A stretch of 63,997 nt of DNA, counting the filler, from Ionaspis alba (Eukaryota), in NCBI GenBank assembly GCA_964255285.1. It is 4 parts of 4 records of this genome, joined end to end, with 100 filler letters (N's around TTAATTAATTAA, not from the genome) between each part and the next. Parts side by side here need not be neighbours in the genome. Positions count along the whole stretch, not along the records: positions 17,060 to 33,958 come from CAXUUL010000332.1; positions 34,059 to 50,953 come from CAXUUL010000333.1; 2 more parts are not named here. One strand, written 5' to 3'. The translations under genes were made by a program, and so were the position numbers. A model generated the notes under the pieces. The model was not told the DNA's origin. It did no database searches and saw only the letters and a list, made by a program, of their open reading frames with translations. This document shows, piece after piece, positions 25,528 through 38,825 of this stretch; the first letter of the stretch is position 1; every line of letters starts with the position of its first letter.

Positions 25528-28260
25528 TCAAACGCTGCCAGTTTCCCTCCGCCCATCCTCGTTATTCATAGCCTGCATCTCCCTTTCTTTAGAACCCATT
25601 TCATACTCACCCCGCCGGGTCACTTCGACTCCATCGACCCGACCATCCCCACCATTTGCAGGTTTCTCATTTTCGTCCAAGGCCCGACTACCACCAGAAG
25701 CACTTGCTGAGCCCTCATTTCCCATCCAACTTCCACCCTCCTCAAAACCAACCACATCTTTCGAGCTCTCCCCTCTCTGATGGCCATGTCTAGGCTGACT
25801 ATTCCCCGCAAATTCCGCATGCTCAGCACTCGACCGCTCCTCCGCTTTCTCATCTTTGCCAATCATCGCCGCCAGACTGCTGAAATTGAACATCGGCTCC
25901 ATTCCCGCCCCGCCACCAGGCGGAGTCGCAGAAGGAAAGGCATCGTTGACGTCCGGACGCGGGATGTGGATGCCACTGGCATTAGGCGATGGCTCGAGGG
26001 AGGTCTGCGATGCGAGTCTGTGGGAGCCGGGGAGTGACTCGGCGATGGACGACGCTGAGGATGAGACGTTGGATAGGTTTCGAAGGTGGGAGGGCTTGTA
26101 CGCTGGACTTGTGGAGGACGATAGAGGCTGCATGGCGTCAGTTGGTGTCAGTTGAGCTCTGCTTCTTTCTAGGTGGAGCTGAGCATTTTCGGCGACCGAG
26201 TTTCCGAAAGGTGCTGATTTGCTCAAGCCTGCTTGTGGACCATCTGCATCAGATGATCGGGATGGGCCATCTCTGCGGATCTCCTTGCCCTTGGCACTGC
26301 TGATGGAGAAGGTACCGCTTTGTGGACTATCCAAAGTGGCCGCGCTCTGGTTAGCACTCGAGGGATAGATCCCTGACTTCTTAGCGACCTTTTCAGCCTT
26401 CTTTTCCTCCTTGCTCTTCTTCTTCGCTTCCTTTTTCGCCTCTTTCTCCTCACGTCGCCGTCGCTCCTCTTCTGAAGCCAAGCTCAGACGAATAGCCTCC
26501 ATCATCATCATCTCCTCCAGATCGTCCATTCGACTTCTTCTCGAACTTCCTCGTGGCGGTCCCAGCATAGCAGGTGAGGGTTCCCCTTGGTTTGAATCGT
26601 TATCGGAGCGAGTGCCACCAGCGGCAGCGTATCGCTCGGACATCAAGGTAAGCATGTTGAGTTGTGCTGAGCCTGATCCTCCCGAGGGACTATCTGATCC
26701 AGTCCCTCGTCGCAGTAGACCTCGCCGACCAAATCCTGCGAAACCTCTCCCATCTGGCAGTCCATTTCGACCACCCATCAGATATGCTGCAGTGTGCAGA
26801 GCCGTTGCGGCAGCAGATCTCCGAGCTGCATGAGCTCGTGCAGTCGAAAGCTTGGTTGCCCAATCAGGCCGAACTCGGTCTGTAGTGATGACAGTTGGAG
26901 CGCTTGCAGACAATGACGTTGTCCGGCGTCGATTGGCTGTCGTTGGTGAGAGTCTACCTCCGTTGCTGAGTGCAGAGTTCAGGGAAGAGGATGAGGACAT
27001 TGCCGAGGCCGCATTAACAAGGGAGTGGCTGGTAGGCTGATTGATATACGTCAGACCACGACGAAAGGAAGGTGGTTCATAGGTAATGCCAAATTCCGGC
27101 TGTACGCAGAATGGACAAGCTGCAGGTTCTGACACCAGGACTGCATCCGAGTCAGCTTCGCCAAGATCAGGATCGTCAGCTGCCTCTTGAGGAGGTGCTG
27201 TTGGGTCAGCGTGTTCAGGTGGATGTGGATCGGGACGTTTGATTTGAACGAAACATTCCGAGCAGATGGGTTGATCGCAACATCTCGTTTTGTTGAGGTA
27301 AGGAGGGTAGTAAAGGAAACAGATCGGACACTCGGATGCGTCCTTGTATAGATAGGCTTCGATTGCTTGACCATTGACATATGGATCTTTGGGCAGCATC
27401 ATCTCGCGAGGCATCGGGTCAGTTTGAGGACTGCTCCTCGAGGACGTTGTGAGGGACGCTAGAGTCTTGGCGCGACCTCGGAGGAGGGCGGATCCTGCTG
27501 TGGAAGACGATGGTGCTGGGAAAGTGGGCTGGGATGGAGATAGATTCGTAGATGAGTCAGAATTGAATGACTGCGACCTGGAAGATATGGGTACGGTCAA
27601 GTTGTTGAGATTGACAGGGTTGAACTCGGGACTGCCAGTATGTGCTACAATCGTGGTCTCACCAGCACTCTGCGAGTCTTCCGATGGTACTTCATCAGGA
27701 GGTGGGATCGGTATACCTCTAGCGGCTGCTACCAATTGGTTTTCTGTCCAAGAATTCGAGTGATCATTGAGACCCCGCCAGAAGGGAGCTATTCTTCGTT
27801 CGATCTACCAGCCAGGATTAGCCATTTGTTGATCCTTGGGTTCAGAAGACAGTACCATCAGCTGCCGCACAATAGCTTTGTTGTAATCTTCCGTGCCGGT
27901 ATAGACACCTTGAGTGACCATATAGCCTCCGTCCACGTGCTCCTCCCGCATACTTCTTTCCCGCTCCTTTTCTCTATTCACTCGTTCCTTCTCGAGCTTT
28001 CGGGCTTCACGCTCCTGCTTTGTCTCCCTCCTGACCTCCGTAACGCTGGTATCCCGATCATTACTGCTGCCGATTCCCAACAAGGAAGACAATTCAGCTC
28101 GACTACCTCTACCCTGCCCTGAAGAGTAGACATGATCTCCTTGGGCCGTGCTTGGCGGAGAAACTGGACTAGTTACCCGTGGCAAGGAGTTCCGGCGGAA
28201 GTGAATGGAGCGATGCTGGGGAGTTGGCGGCCGTTGCTCTTTCGTGGCGGAATTACCCAT
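25528..28260 (-). CDS. SIP5: Sip5 family RING-like protein
   Basis: Myristoylation-type start [33 protein letters not shown] and [33 protein letters not shown]...ACPFC, plus UIM-like [10 protein letters not shown]. One intron at ~27852-27805. Confidence 0.93.
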
Positions 28261-29092
28261 GACAGCAAGACTGTGGAGGCGATTGACCGTAAGGTACTAA
28301 AGGACTGCCGAGGCACGGCCCCCGGGATCGCGGTGTCTCAGATCTCCAGCTCTATTGCTGGCGATGGATAGATGAGGCGATAGGGTGCATTGGGGACATC
28401 GTAGAGAGGTAGGATGTAAAGAGGGCGGGTGGAGAACTAGAGCCGACGGAGCTTGTTGTGAAGCTTTCAAGCTTTAAATGACAGACAGGTGAATGTGTTA
28501 GAGTGCCGTGTTGAATGATATTGAAGGATTCATGTGGCTCGAAATGTAGATGTGTAAAGTATGCCTAACAGTTACGACCATTGCAAAATTTGTGTTTGGG
28601 GATAGCGTTGTCACAAGCAGATGTCGTTCTTCATCGGGATACTGGGCAGTGACCGAGTGCTGACCATTGGACATGGTTTCCCGTTCTAGCTCTAGATTAG
28701 CTGCACCCCTCGCTCCGACGTTCCGGCCGCCGGTCTTTTACCGCTGTCAAAACAAACCGTGGTTTCTCCAACCGCCACAATCTAGTTGAATCACGAAATA
28801 TGTAATCTGCTACAATCATAGACCGATAGAAACTATCAGGCATTCACAACTCATATCGAAGCCTCAATTTGCCATTCCCGCAGAGCTCGAGAAACGGCCA
28901 GTTGCAAGTTTCAGAATCGGTCTGTTGCACAAGCGCTTCAAAATTCTGTTGTCAAAGCAAAAAGGGTCTTGCACAGGGCTACGTCATTAGTTNNNNNNNN
29001 NNNNNNNNNNNNNNNNNNNNNNNNNNNNNNNNNNNNNNNNNNNNNNNNNNNNNNNNNNNNNNNNNNNNNNNNNNNNNNNNNNNNNNNNNNNN

Positions 29093-30165
29093 TCAGCAAT
29101 CTTATCCGCATCCCCAGTAGCCGACTTCTCCCCACCACCAGACTTCTCACCGTGAGCACCACTCTTGGCACATCCACTACAAGCACACTTGCCCTCCTTG
29201 CAAGGACAAGTTCCAGTATTCCCACCACACTGGCACGTCGTCTTCTCCGAGCCGGGCACATGCTGCATAGTCTTCTCGTTCTGCTCCATCGATCCGCCCG
29301 ACGACGATTTGCCGCTCTTGAGATCGGCAAGACGACGAGCCTCCGCATGGATGTCCCGAACCTGTTTATCTCCCATGGTATAGAAACTGGCGAGCTTTTG
29401 TCCCGTGGGGGTACCGAGCGCCTTTTCAAAGTAGCTGTGTAGACCTCTCCATCCAGATGCAGCCTTGTCAGTCAGACCGTAGCTGGCATCCATGCTTTTG
29501 GCCTTGTCCGTAGCCTTGTACTTGGAGTCGAACGAAGCGAGCGCATTTGTGAACCGGGTAGAGACACCATGCTTATTGTCCAAAGCGATGGCGCGCTGAA
29601 TGGCGGTGTCGGAAAGGGCGTAGCCGTGTGCCAGGTACTCGGCAACAATTCGGGCACGTGGCTTATCTTCCTGATTGATATCGCCATCTTCTGTTGAACT
29701 AGCTCCACCGGCATGCGCGCCAGAGGATGCAAGATCGTCGATATTGGCGGCTGAGGAGACTTGAACCTGGGACGGCCCGAGTTGTGTGTTATCGAGTAAG
29801 AGGGCTGTTTTGGCAGCTCTGAAGGATGGTTAGTCATTGCATGCAGGAAATAGATGGGGTGCGTAAGATGGTCATACGTTTCTTTCTCGAACGTTACAGT
29901 CGCTGACTTGGGGCTGTCGGGAGCTTCCGAGGCTGGAGTCACGGAGAGGGAGGTAATTTTGCCACTGGATACTCCGTCAGCGAGGGTGCTCAGGAAGGAC
30001 TTAGGATGCGTTCTGCCTTACCAGAAGCTGAAGAAATCCCTGACCTCTTTCTCGCTGGTCTGATGCGAGATGTTCTTCACCTGCACGTCATCCGATCAGT
30101 CCGTAATATCTACTGGATGAGCTTGGTGGGGTGGAAGAGCCTACGTGGACAACAGTTGACGACAT
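29093..30165 (-). CDS. VIP1: Vip1-like RRM protein, C-terminus runs into a gap
   Basis: Spliced MSSTVHVKNISHQTSEKEVRDFFSFCGKITSL...ATVTFEKETAAKTALLL...QEDKPRARIVAEYLAHGY, with three GT-AG introns. Confidence 0.9.
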
Positions 30166-31737
30166 GGCGATTCTGTGGTTTTGTCTGTAATTTGCTGGGT
30201 TCGTAATCTGTTGAAGGTTTGGTAGTAGTGAGTTTGAAGTGGAACTATGTTTTTTTGGTTGATGAACTTGTAGAAAGTATTAGTCAAGGCAGGCGACAAC
30301 GAAATCAATCAAGGGCTCAAACGGTGGGGCGAAAAGCTGACGGTGTTCCGTACGTCATATCGCACCCGCTTGAACTTTCCTCCGGTCAAAACATCCTCGG
30401 TCGCTTGATCTTTCCCTTGTTTCTGAAAGTCACAACTGCGAATATCGGCTTTTCAAGCACGCATTATCCTTTCCCCGCTATACCGAATTCATAGTCGTCA
30501 ACAAGGTGATGAATTCAGCTTCTAAATTTACCTCTACTCAGAATACTCACGGCCGTGTGATCACTCTCTAAAGAGGAAATCCTACTCTGGCGCCTGCACT
30601 CTCCCTCCTCCAGAAAGCCGGTCCTGCATGATTGATAATAAAAAAAGGACCATCGTCTCGTGTTGATCCTGACCGCCAGTATGTAGAGAAACAACGACAC
30701 ATGTCATCTTCAACCAAGGAACGATGACGAGCTCCAATACGCACGTACGATCCTCGAGGGAGCTGAATCACCAGAACCGTGGGTCTCCTTCTCAAACATG
30801 CGATTCTGACCTGCAAATTTCATGCAGTGGAACCTTGCCTCATGGCCGCCGAAGCATAGGGAAAAGGGGGCTGTGTTCATCCATGGGGAGGAAATCTGCG
30901 ATTCGGGCCCGGGTTGTGTGAGACACGCATTGCACGTGCTGGGAGTGGCTTAGCACAGCCCTGATGCTACCCGGTCCGATGCGGTTTAGCGTGTAGGTCG
31001 TGGGTTGGGCCCGAGGACTACTGAAGCTCTAGTTCTTACTCGAGTACGTGGAAGAGTGAACGGGAAGTTGATAACGAAGGAAGTGGTCGCTTTGATGATG
31101 AAGACGAGACGGCACCACGAGGCAAGAAGCTTTCGTCATTGGATTTCGGTCGGTAGGATGATAGCGGCAGGTCGACTCTGTCATTGTTCCAACAGGATGA
31201 CAGCATGGTCTGGCGTTTCCTACCGGGTAATTATTTTTGTTCTACGGCGGGATTCCCCTTCTAGTCTGTTTTGCATTGTGTCACATCGTGATCAGTGAGT
31301 CAGTCCGAACAAGATTATCAATGCTTCGCTAGATCAGCACGGAGTCTATCAGCAACCCAACCCAACATTTTCAACAAGCATTATCCAATTCGTCCAACCC
31401 ATGCCGTAGATAAGATCAGAAAGGAATTTTTCGTAAGCGTGTACAATCCCACTATCCCCATCAAGGGAAGTGCCAAATCCAAAACGCCCGGTATTATGAT
31501 CCTAGCGCATTATTAAAGTCTGCCTCGAAAGGGCGTTCCTTTTCCAGCCTCGCGCTGCCGACAAGCGATACCAAAAAAAGAAGTGGATAGGAAAAAGAGC
31601 CTTGGCAAAAAAGAAACAAGGCCAAAGAATTAGAGTACATCAAGGCATTATACATGCGCCTAATTTTACAAAAATGCTATTTTCATCATACCTGCCCAAA
31701 CGAACCGAAGTCATGCACCGTTACTCAAGCTGCCGCC

Positions 31738-33480
31738 CTAATGCTCGTTGAGGTATCTCCGATCTCTTCCTCCTAGTGCTGCCCCTCCAACCGCCGTCAT
31801 TGGAGGCGCTATGCCTGCTTGTACCATGTGTTGAGGGTATACTCCATGTGCAGGAGGTAGCCAGTCTTCCAAGCCCAGCGACAGATAAGGGTATTGTATG
31901 AATTCGTTGGAATCGGCATGACCGGTCCTCGGGACCATGCTGGGATGGAACGCTGGAGTAGACAGAGAGGGGGCTAAGTTGAAGGAGCTGTTCGGATCGG
32001 AGCCTGGTACGAAAGGCGAAGTGGAGCTAATAGTGTTCAGTGTCCGTGTACGTAAGAGCTTCTTTGGGCGTTCGGGAGTGGATGAGATGGTTTGTGGCAT
32101 GGAGCGTGAAACAGAGACCGGGGAAGCGGAAGTTGATGGCTTTCTTTTCAGCGAGTGCTTCCGACGGTAGGAGATCTCGGGATTGGATTGTGCGTAAGGA
32201 GATAGAGGAATGGACATTGGGAGATCCGAAGGCGATGCGGTTGATAGGGTACCTTCCGAGCAAACCGGAGTGCCTCGCCATTCGTAGCTTCCTACAGACG
32301 CTTGATCATGATGATATGCGTCGGTCACGGGAATGCCATGCTCTGAGCTCTTATCAGCATTCGCGTGCAAGGAATGGTGATTTGAATCGGAACTGGCCAT
32401 CCGGTGCAGTGGAGGCGAATTAAGGGCTTTCCGCATCGATCCTCCCGAACAGCTCAGAGGAACATCTTTGCGCTGTTGGAAGTTTCTCGGACTGCGACCT
32501 CGCACGATGATCGGTCCCGAGAGTATCTCGCAGATAGGTACTTTGTTGCCGTTCTGGAGAGTTGCGAGTATGCTCAGCTTGATCGTGAAATGCTGCTGCA
32601 ACTCCTTTCTGCGACCGTTATTGGCTGTAGCTACTCGGAACTGCAGTCTTTTCCAGGCAAAAGGAACAATGGCGTATTCAGTATCCATGTCATGATTGGA
32701 AGCCATATCAAGCGGGATTGGAGCTGGCTCTTTCTCGGTTTTCTCCTCTGGAGAGGGAGCTGTTGAGGAAGCGGGTGTCTTCCAAGGTACGGATATGATC
32801 TTCACCGGGCTACCCTCGACGGATTCTCTTGCTGAGATGACCAGTTCTTGGGCCACAATGGGGACTCTCTCGCCTCTTTCAGTCAGGATGTATTGCATCA
32901 TACGGGGTGTGGCCACCGATCCCGTGATCTGGAACAGGTTCCGTCGATAGCAAGTCAACTCCGCGGGCTGGCTGAAACCGTCAACCAAGCCGGGTCTCGA
33001 TGACTCCGCGAGGAAGAACATCCCGTGCAGTTGTGCGGACATGGACATGGACACTTGGCGTGAAGAGTAGTCTAGGAGTGCGTAATTGGAGACGGGCTGC
33101 TGAAAGCATAGTAGCTTGTTTCCCTTCTCGATGGACGGAACTTCGGGAGATGCAGGAAGCCGTGCACCGATGTCAGAATGTCCTAATGCTTCTGGAAAGG
33201 ATTCTTCGTATCCAGATGATAGCGAATGCCTGCCATCAGTCTGCAGAGAGGGAGAAGGGAAAGAAATGTCGTGGCTTGGGAGCGAGTCAGCCTTCTCTTC
33301 CGTAGTGCGATACCAAGCCAGAGCCACGTACCTGATGAAGTCGCTTCCGCTATAGGTATCGAATTGATCGGGATAGCTGTAGGAGTGCAGACCGTTCATG
33401 TGCTCAGTACTGGTAACAGGATCGTACTGCATGGGGCTCTCCATGTAAGACATCGCCGGCGGGTCGTATGAGCCCTCCAT
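31738..33480 (-). CDS. NDT80/PhoG-family transcription factor (XprG/VIB-1-like)
   Basis: LTCYRRNLFQITG, WKRLQFRVATANNGRRKELQQHF and IIVRGRSPRNF. Probable 57-nt intron at 33331-33275. The start is taken at MEGSYDPP, although in-frame ATGs exist upstream to 33636. Confidence 0.92.
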   Translation of the reverse strand: MEGSYDPPAMSYMESPMQYDPVTSTEHMNGLHSYSYPDQFDTYSGSDFIRYVALAWYRTTEEKADSLPSHDISFPSPSLQTDGRHSLSSGYEESFPEALGHSDIGARLPASPEVPSIEKGNKLLCFQQPVSNYALLDYSSRQVSMSMSAQLHGMFFLAESSRPGLVDGFSQPAELTCYRRNLFQITGSVATPRMMQYILTERGERVPIVAQELVISARESVEGSPVKIISVPWKTPASSTAPSPEEKTEKEPAPIPLDMASNHDMDTEYAIVPFAWKRLQFRVATANNGRRKELQQHFTIKLSILATLQNGNKVPICEILSGPIIVRGRSPRNFQQRKDVPLSCSGGSMRKALNSPPLHRMASSDSNHHSLHANADKSSEHGIPVTDAYHHDQASVGSYEWRGTPVCSEGTLSTASPSDLPMSIPLSPYAQSNPEISYRRKHSLKRKPSTSASPVSVSRSMPQTISSTPERPKKLLRTRTLNTISSTSPFVPGSDPNSSFNLAPSLSTPAFHPSMVPRTGHADSNEFIQYPYLSLGLEDWLPPAHGVYPQHMVQAGIAPPMTAVGGAALGGRDRRYLNEH

Positions 33481-33958
33481 TGTATGAAGCCAAGGCATAA
33501 ACAAGAGAGGTGGAAGATGCTGTGACGAGATATCTGAACAGTATCGGTAGGTAAAAGATGGTAAAGCTGACAGCAACGGGTTGACGATCTGGAAGCAAAG
33601 AAGTGGATGGCATAAGACAAATATTATAGAGTCCAATTATAAGAATGCAAGAGGGTGCCTAGTTTCATGAAGGTTACCGCAGCCGAGGGCTTCAGCTGAC
33701 GAACTTCGGTGCGACGGTGAAGTTAGGGCTGGGAGCTTGGCTGTCTGACGAGGGGAGAAATGGCGGTCATGGGCAGGTCTCTGGAAGACGAGTGGAGGGG
33801 AAGAACGAGCCAGGGCAAGCAAGGCATCTTTAACTTCTCGTGAAGGGCAGCACCGAGAGGCATTAAGTTAGGGTCTTGTTTGACACATGGCGCAGGGATG
33901 GCCGAACCAGGTCGCCTGCAACTGACAGCAACAGAGACCGGCAGGGGCAGGGGGGGAG

Positions 33959-34058
33959 NNNNNNNNNNNNNNNNNNNNNNNNNNNNNNNNNNNNNNNNNN
34001 NNTTAATTAATTAANNNNNNNNNNNNNNNNNNNNNNNNNNNNNNNNNNNNNNNNNNNN
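33959..34058. other. Artificial scaffold linker
   Basis: 44N + TTAATTAATTAA (34003-34014) + 44N. Confidence 0.97.
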
Positions 34059-35868
34059 ATGACCGGTCGTACAGGAATGATATCAGGGATATCGACCCCT
34101 ATAGGCGCCTTAGTCTTAGCCGGGGCGGTAGGAGTAAGAGCAGCAGGTGAGGCCGGATCCACTGAGACTGAAGTCGGGGCGGCAGAGGGTGACGGGGGAG
34201 GGAAGTCAGCAGGGACGTCATCGGGGTCATCCGAATGCTCGGAGTGCAAGCCGATGGGTCGGAGAGGGAGGTGAAGGGTGCCATTGTTGGGACGGCAGGG
34301 GAGGAGGAGGGAGTCGCAGATGATGTTGTAGACTTCAGTGTTTTCTATCCTGCATTAGTCTAAAGTGTCCTATGAACCGGGATCGCGGATTTCGCTCACG
34401 AAAGACCGCAAGCCTGCTATTCGGCTCATGCGGAAAAGCAGGTCCTCTGGCCACAAAAATGGCTCGCATGAGCGGGTGCTCATGGTCGTAACCGTGTAAG
34501 CCTCGTGGATGATAGACAAGGCCCTTCTGCTTCGCTTCTTGGACATCGAAGTCCTCCTTGTGGACGATGGCCCAGCCAGTTCTCGGGATCAGCCAGAGAG
34601 GGGCAATGCGTTTGTTGTTGTTGAAATGGTATCTCTCGGGCATATTCTCATCTCGGAGATAGACTTCGATGTTTGGGTTCTTCGAGGCGGCTGCTGAGAG
34701 GTTTTTGTAGAGTATAGGGAGGTCGGACGCACGTTTGGGACGGAGACCGTAGAGCGGCCAGCCTTCGATGTGTTCGATCAATGATACGTCGATGAGGTCT
34801 TCGAGTTGGACGAGACGATCAATTGATGTGGTCGCCATACCATGGTCCGATACAACGATCACATTGACGATGTTGGTAAGGTTGCGAGCCTGGAGACCGG
34901 CAAAGAGATCGTGGAGCATGGTGTCGACGTTGCTAATAGTCTTACGGATTTCCGTGCTGTTGGGACCATAAAGATGACCGTCTTGGTCGACGTTAGGAAC
35001 ATAAGAAGCGATGAATTGAGGTCTGGTATCGGTGACTGTGACAATACCTGGGTCATAATCTGTTGGTAAATCCAGGAATTCGAGTATTCGATCAACCTTT
35101 CGAGATAGGATCTCAGTACCATTGTATTTGTCCACGAAGGTGGGCTCCAATGNNNNNNNNNNNNNNNNNNNNNNNNNNNNNNNNNNNNNNNNNNNNNNNN
35201 NNNNNNNNNNNNNNNNNNNNNNNNNNNNNNNNNNNNNNNNNNNNNNNNNNNNAAGGAATTGAGGGTAGGTGTCAAGCCTCGATTGAGGAAGTCTGCACGG
35301 AAACCGTCGAGAGATATAAGAATGGTCGTAGGGGCAAAATTTGATGTGCCATTTGATAATAGAGGTTTCGGTGCTGGAACAGTTCTGGACTTCGAGGCAT
35401 TGTAGGCCCCCCATAAGAGAAGGCCAAAAATTGTAATGATGCTCGTGGAGAATAAGGCGGTGCGCAGGACCCTCGTTCTTCGGGACTTGAGCCCGTCATC
35501 AGTCAATGGATGATCTCTGATAGGAATTGGTGACCTACGGTGGTGTACTCGATCTCCGGCTCCATCGAGCTCCTCGAGGACGATGACGAGCTCGGAGTAC
35601 CTCGCCCTCCTTGCTCCATTTTATACATGAGTTTGCCCTCTTCATCCTTACCCCCGAGCCTTCCTCTCCCATTCGTCCTTCCCTGTCGCCGTCGTCTATG
35701 CTTCCTGTGTTCTTTTTCTGTGCCACGGTGGCTTCTTGAAACTCCCTGTGTGGGCGACGTAAGGAGTTTCTCCGTTTCTTCTTCTTCAAGTAGCACATTT
35801 CTGTCACGCTCCGACGCCGCGTGAATATCGTCATCGGATTCGGAACCTGATTTGACGGAGCCCGCCAT
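34059..35868 (-). CDS. Type I phosphodiesterase/nucleotide pyrophosphatase (Npp1-like), partial
   Basis: TM anchor, TILISLDGFRADF, VPNVDQDGHLYGP, VIVVSDHGM, GLHGYDHEHPLMRAIFVARGP and NTEVYNIICD. The catalytic-Thr region lies in gap 35153-35252 and the C-terminus is cut by the scaffold end. Confidence 0.92.
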
Positions 35869-36176
35869 GATTGTAGACACAACTACATTGGATGCAGTCG
35901 TAGTTCGAAGATAGCTATGAAAGCGGCTATAATGAGGGCGGGCTTGGCGTCGCGTACTCGTAGGGTTACACAAGATATTTCCTCTTTAGTGATCAGCGTA
36001 ATCGCTATCATTGAACATCACATCACTTTTCTCATACGAGTTGGGACTAAATGGAATTGCGACCACAATTGTTGACTCCTGCCATTCCATTTTGCTAAGG
36101 AACATCCGGAGTTCAAAACCACCCCAAACCATGATGCCCTGAGAAACTCCGCCGAACAAAAACTTCATGATGTCCT

Positions 36177-37911
36177 TCAGACCTTCTCTCCCTTCCGTTC
36201 CCTCTTCTTCATCCCCACCCGACAGCTCAACGGCTTCCTCAGAAATCCCTCCCGAGTCTCCAACTCCCCATCCATCAGCTCGAAGTCGAATCCCCCTATC
36301 ACAGTCGCAACAATCAGGGTCAACTCCATCTCCGCAACATTTCTGCCTACACAGCTCCTCGGCCCATAACTGAATGGGATGAAAGCTGCCTTCTGCTCCT
36401 CTGTGAGCTTGTCCGGTGCCCAGCGTTCGGGACGGAACTCGTCGGCGTCGTCGCCCCAGATGGTTTTGGAATGGTGGATGGTGTAAGATGGGACGGAGAG
36501 AGATAGGCCAGGGGGAAAGGAGTGCCCGAGGATGTTCACAGGGTTTCCCGGGGGGACGATTCGAGGGAGGCCTAGGGAGGAGGTAGAGTGGATCCGCAAT
36601 GTCTCTGAGATGACTTGCTGGATGCTGGCGAACTATCAGTAACGCTACAGACACTTATATCTCCGTTCAAAGACAGAAGTAGCTGGGAACTCACTAAGGT
36701 AAGTCCTTCACAGTGTTATAATTGGGAATAGCCACGTCAGCGGGTACTGCGGCGTCAATCTCTTTCTGCAGCTTCTCTATCACGCCCGGCGTTTTTAAGC
36801 ACCAATACAGCAGCGCGCAACTCGTGTTACTCGTGGTATCACTCCCAGCAATCAGCTGCGTCAGCGCCTCGGCAGTGAGTTCCGCCCTTCCCAATTTCTC
36901 CCCGTTCTCATCCTTTCCCTCCATCAATCTCGCCAACAGATCCACCCTCTCATCTCCACCCCTTCCCTCTTCGACTTTCTGCAGTCTCTCATTGACCCTC
37001 GCTACCGCAATACCAGCCAGATTTTCGACGGCTTGGAGGCCATCGCGGAAGAAGCGGTCAGGGAGGTACTTTGCGTATGGTTTGAGATCCGGAAGACAGC
37101 CAAGCGTGCCAGAGACTTCTCCACGGCGGTTCAGTACTTCGATCGCGGGAGCGTAGGTAGGAGGACTGTCTGGTGTTTTGCGGACTTCGGCTATGTCTTT
37201 GCCCTTTTCGAGCATGCCAAAGGGGGCTCCGAATGCCTTTGCGGAGTCAATGGATATAGACCTTCACAATACGATACGACGCGGAAGGGCTACTCACCAA
37301 ATCACCTATGATATCAAAGGCGAGGTAGTTGAACCAGTGCAAGCAATCCATATCCGCATACTCCTGCCCAGAGCTCCTTGCGGTTGAGGAGAGTCGATCC
37401 CATTGTTTGACAAGCTGTTCAAGATTGTGGTGCATGTACTGTTCGAACTGGCCAATTGAATTGGCGCTGAAAGTATGGGAGATTGTCTTCCGCTTTCGAG
37501 AGTGTTCTGCTCTGTCTCGGGTATTGAAGAGACCTCTTTGGATAGAAACGAAGGCGTCATAGTATTCGCTGAGTACATAAATCAGCAAAGCCCCATCTAG
37601 TACCGGTATTGACCGTGCCTCTTCAAGAACCCGTTGCCATGTCCGTATATGATGGGGATAGCTCCAGCATCTGCAATAGAGACATGGTTGGGTTGGATCC
37701 GTACCAGCGGGCCCAGTCTTTTATGTGCTCGATCGACCGCGAGGTATCGTTTGCCCTTGCGACATTGATAGAGAAGCCAGAGGTTTGAGAAAGCTGCAGG
37801 AAACGGAGCAGGAATATCGCGGATGGACCAGTTTCTGATATAAGGCAAGAGGTAGTAAAGGAAAGGTAAGCAGAGAAAGGAATACGGTGTGAACAGGAAT
37901 GATAGAAGCAT
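36177..37911 (-). CDS. bphA: Cytochrome P450 CYP53 (benzoate 4-monooxygenase)
   Basis: VRIQPNHVSIAD...YGHGNGFLKSEYYDAFVSI.RGLFNTRDRAEH, I-helix AEALTQLIAGSDTTSN, ETLR, PERW and heme motif FSYGPRSCVG. Three introns, the first GC-AG (37618-37569). Confidence 0.93.
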
Positions 37912-38825
37912 GATGAACAAGAAATCCTTGAATCGCTGCACTTTAATGCAATATGTGACTTCACATGTTCTCGATCATTTGTCGCAGAGGTTTACACATG
38001 TACAGGATCAAGTATATAGGACCAACAGTCAATAATCGGGAGGCCCCCTGCAGCGTGTCTTCCCCGCTACCCCACATTATGCGGCTTCGTTCAGCGGGAG
38101 TGCTAGGTATCTGCTCTCGCATAAACGGCACGTTTGCTATGGAACTGTGACCTGATACGTGGCTGGCGTGCGCTGCGGGACGAGATTGACCTGAAGTTCA
38201 TGGCAATATCTCGAATATCTTATCCGTGTGTATTGGAGCAGTCCAGTACATGAACCCTAAGCCACTGCAGTGGACTTATTGCAGCTTGACGTCATTGCCC
38301 GAACACGAAGAACGATCTTAGGGATCCAAGATCTGGATACGTCTTCTCGGGCCATAGTAGCATAATTATCGTCATGTATATTCGTTCAAGGTCAAGGCGC
38401 CAGAAGAGGCAGACTTATACGCCATTGAACACGTTTGGTCTCATGTCTATTTTTGCAACTAGATCTCGAATTTTCACGTGCTAAAGTGGACAGCCAATCG
38501 CCGTTAGCTTGTCCTACGTAATTTCCCATGGAATTTGGCATTAGCCACTGGTGGATCGTGCCGTTGTCCCACACTTTGATATAATCTGTGTCGTCCAACC
38601 GACAGTTTTTCAGGACGAAAACGCTGTCAACGGTCGCTCGGAGCAGGATTTGCTTGCACCAGTTACTTGCTTGTCTGCAGAAGGCGGCCTCTCTTATTAC
38701 ATATCAGATTCTTACTACCATTCTACGCATCACAGGATTCAAAGGCCGCAACATTAGTTCTTGCTATGGAGCTCGAGTCTCAACGATAAACAATACTCCG
38801 GCCACACTCAATTGATCGAAGGAAG

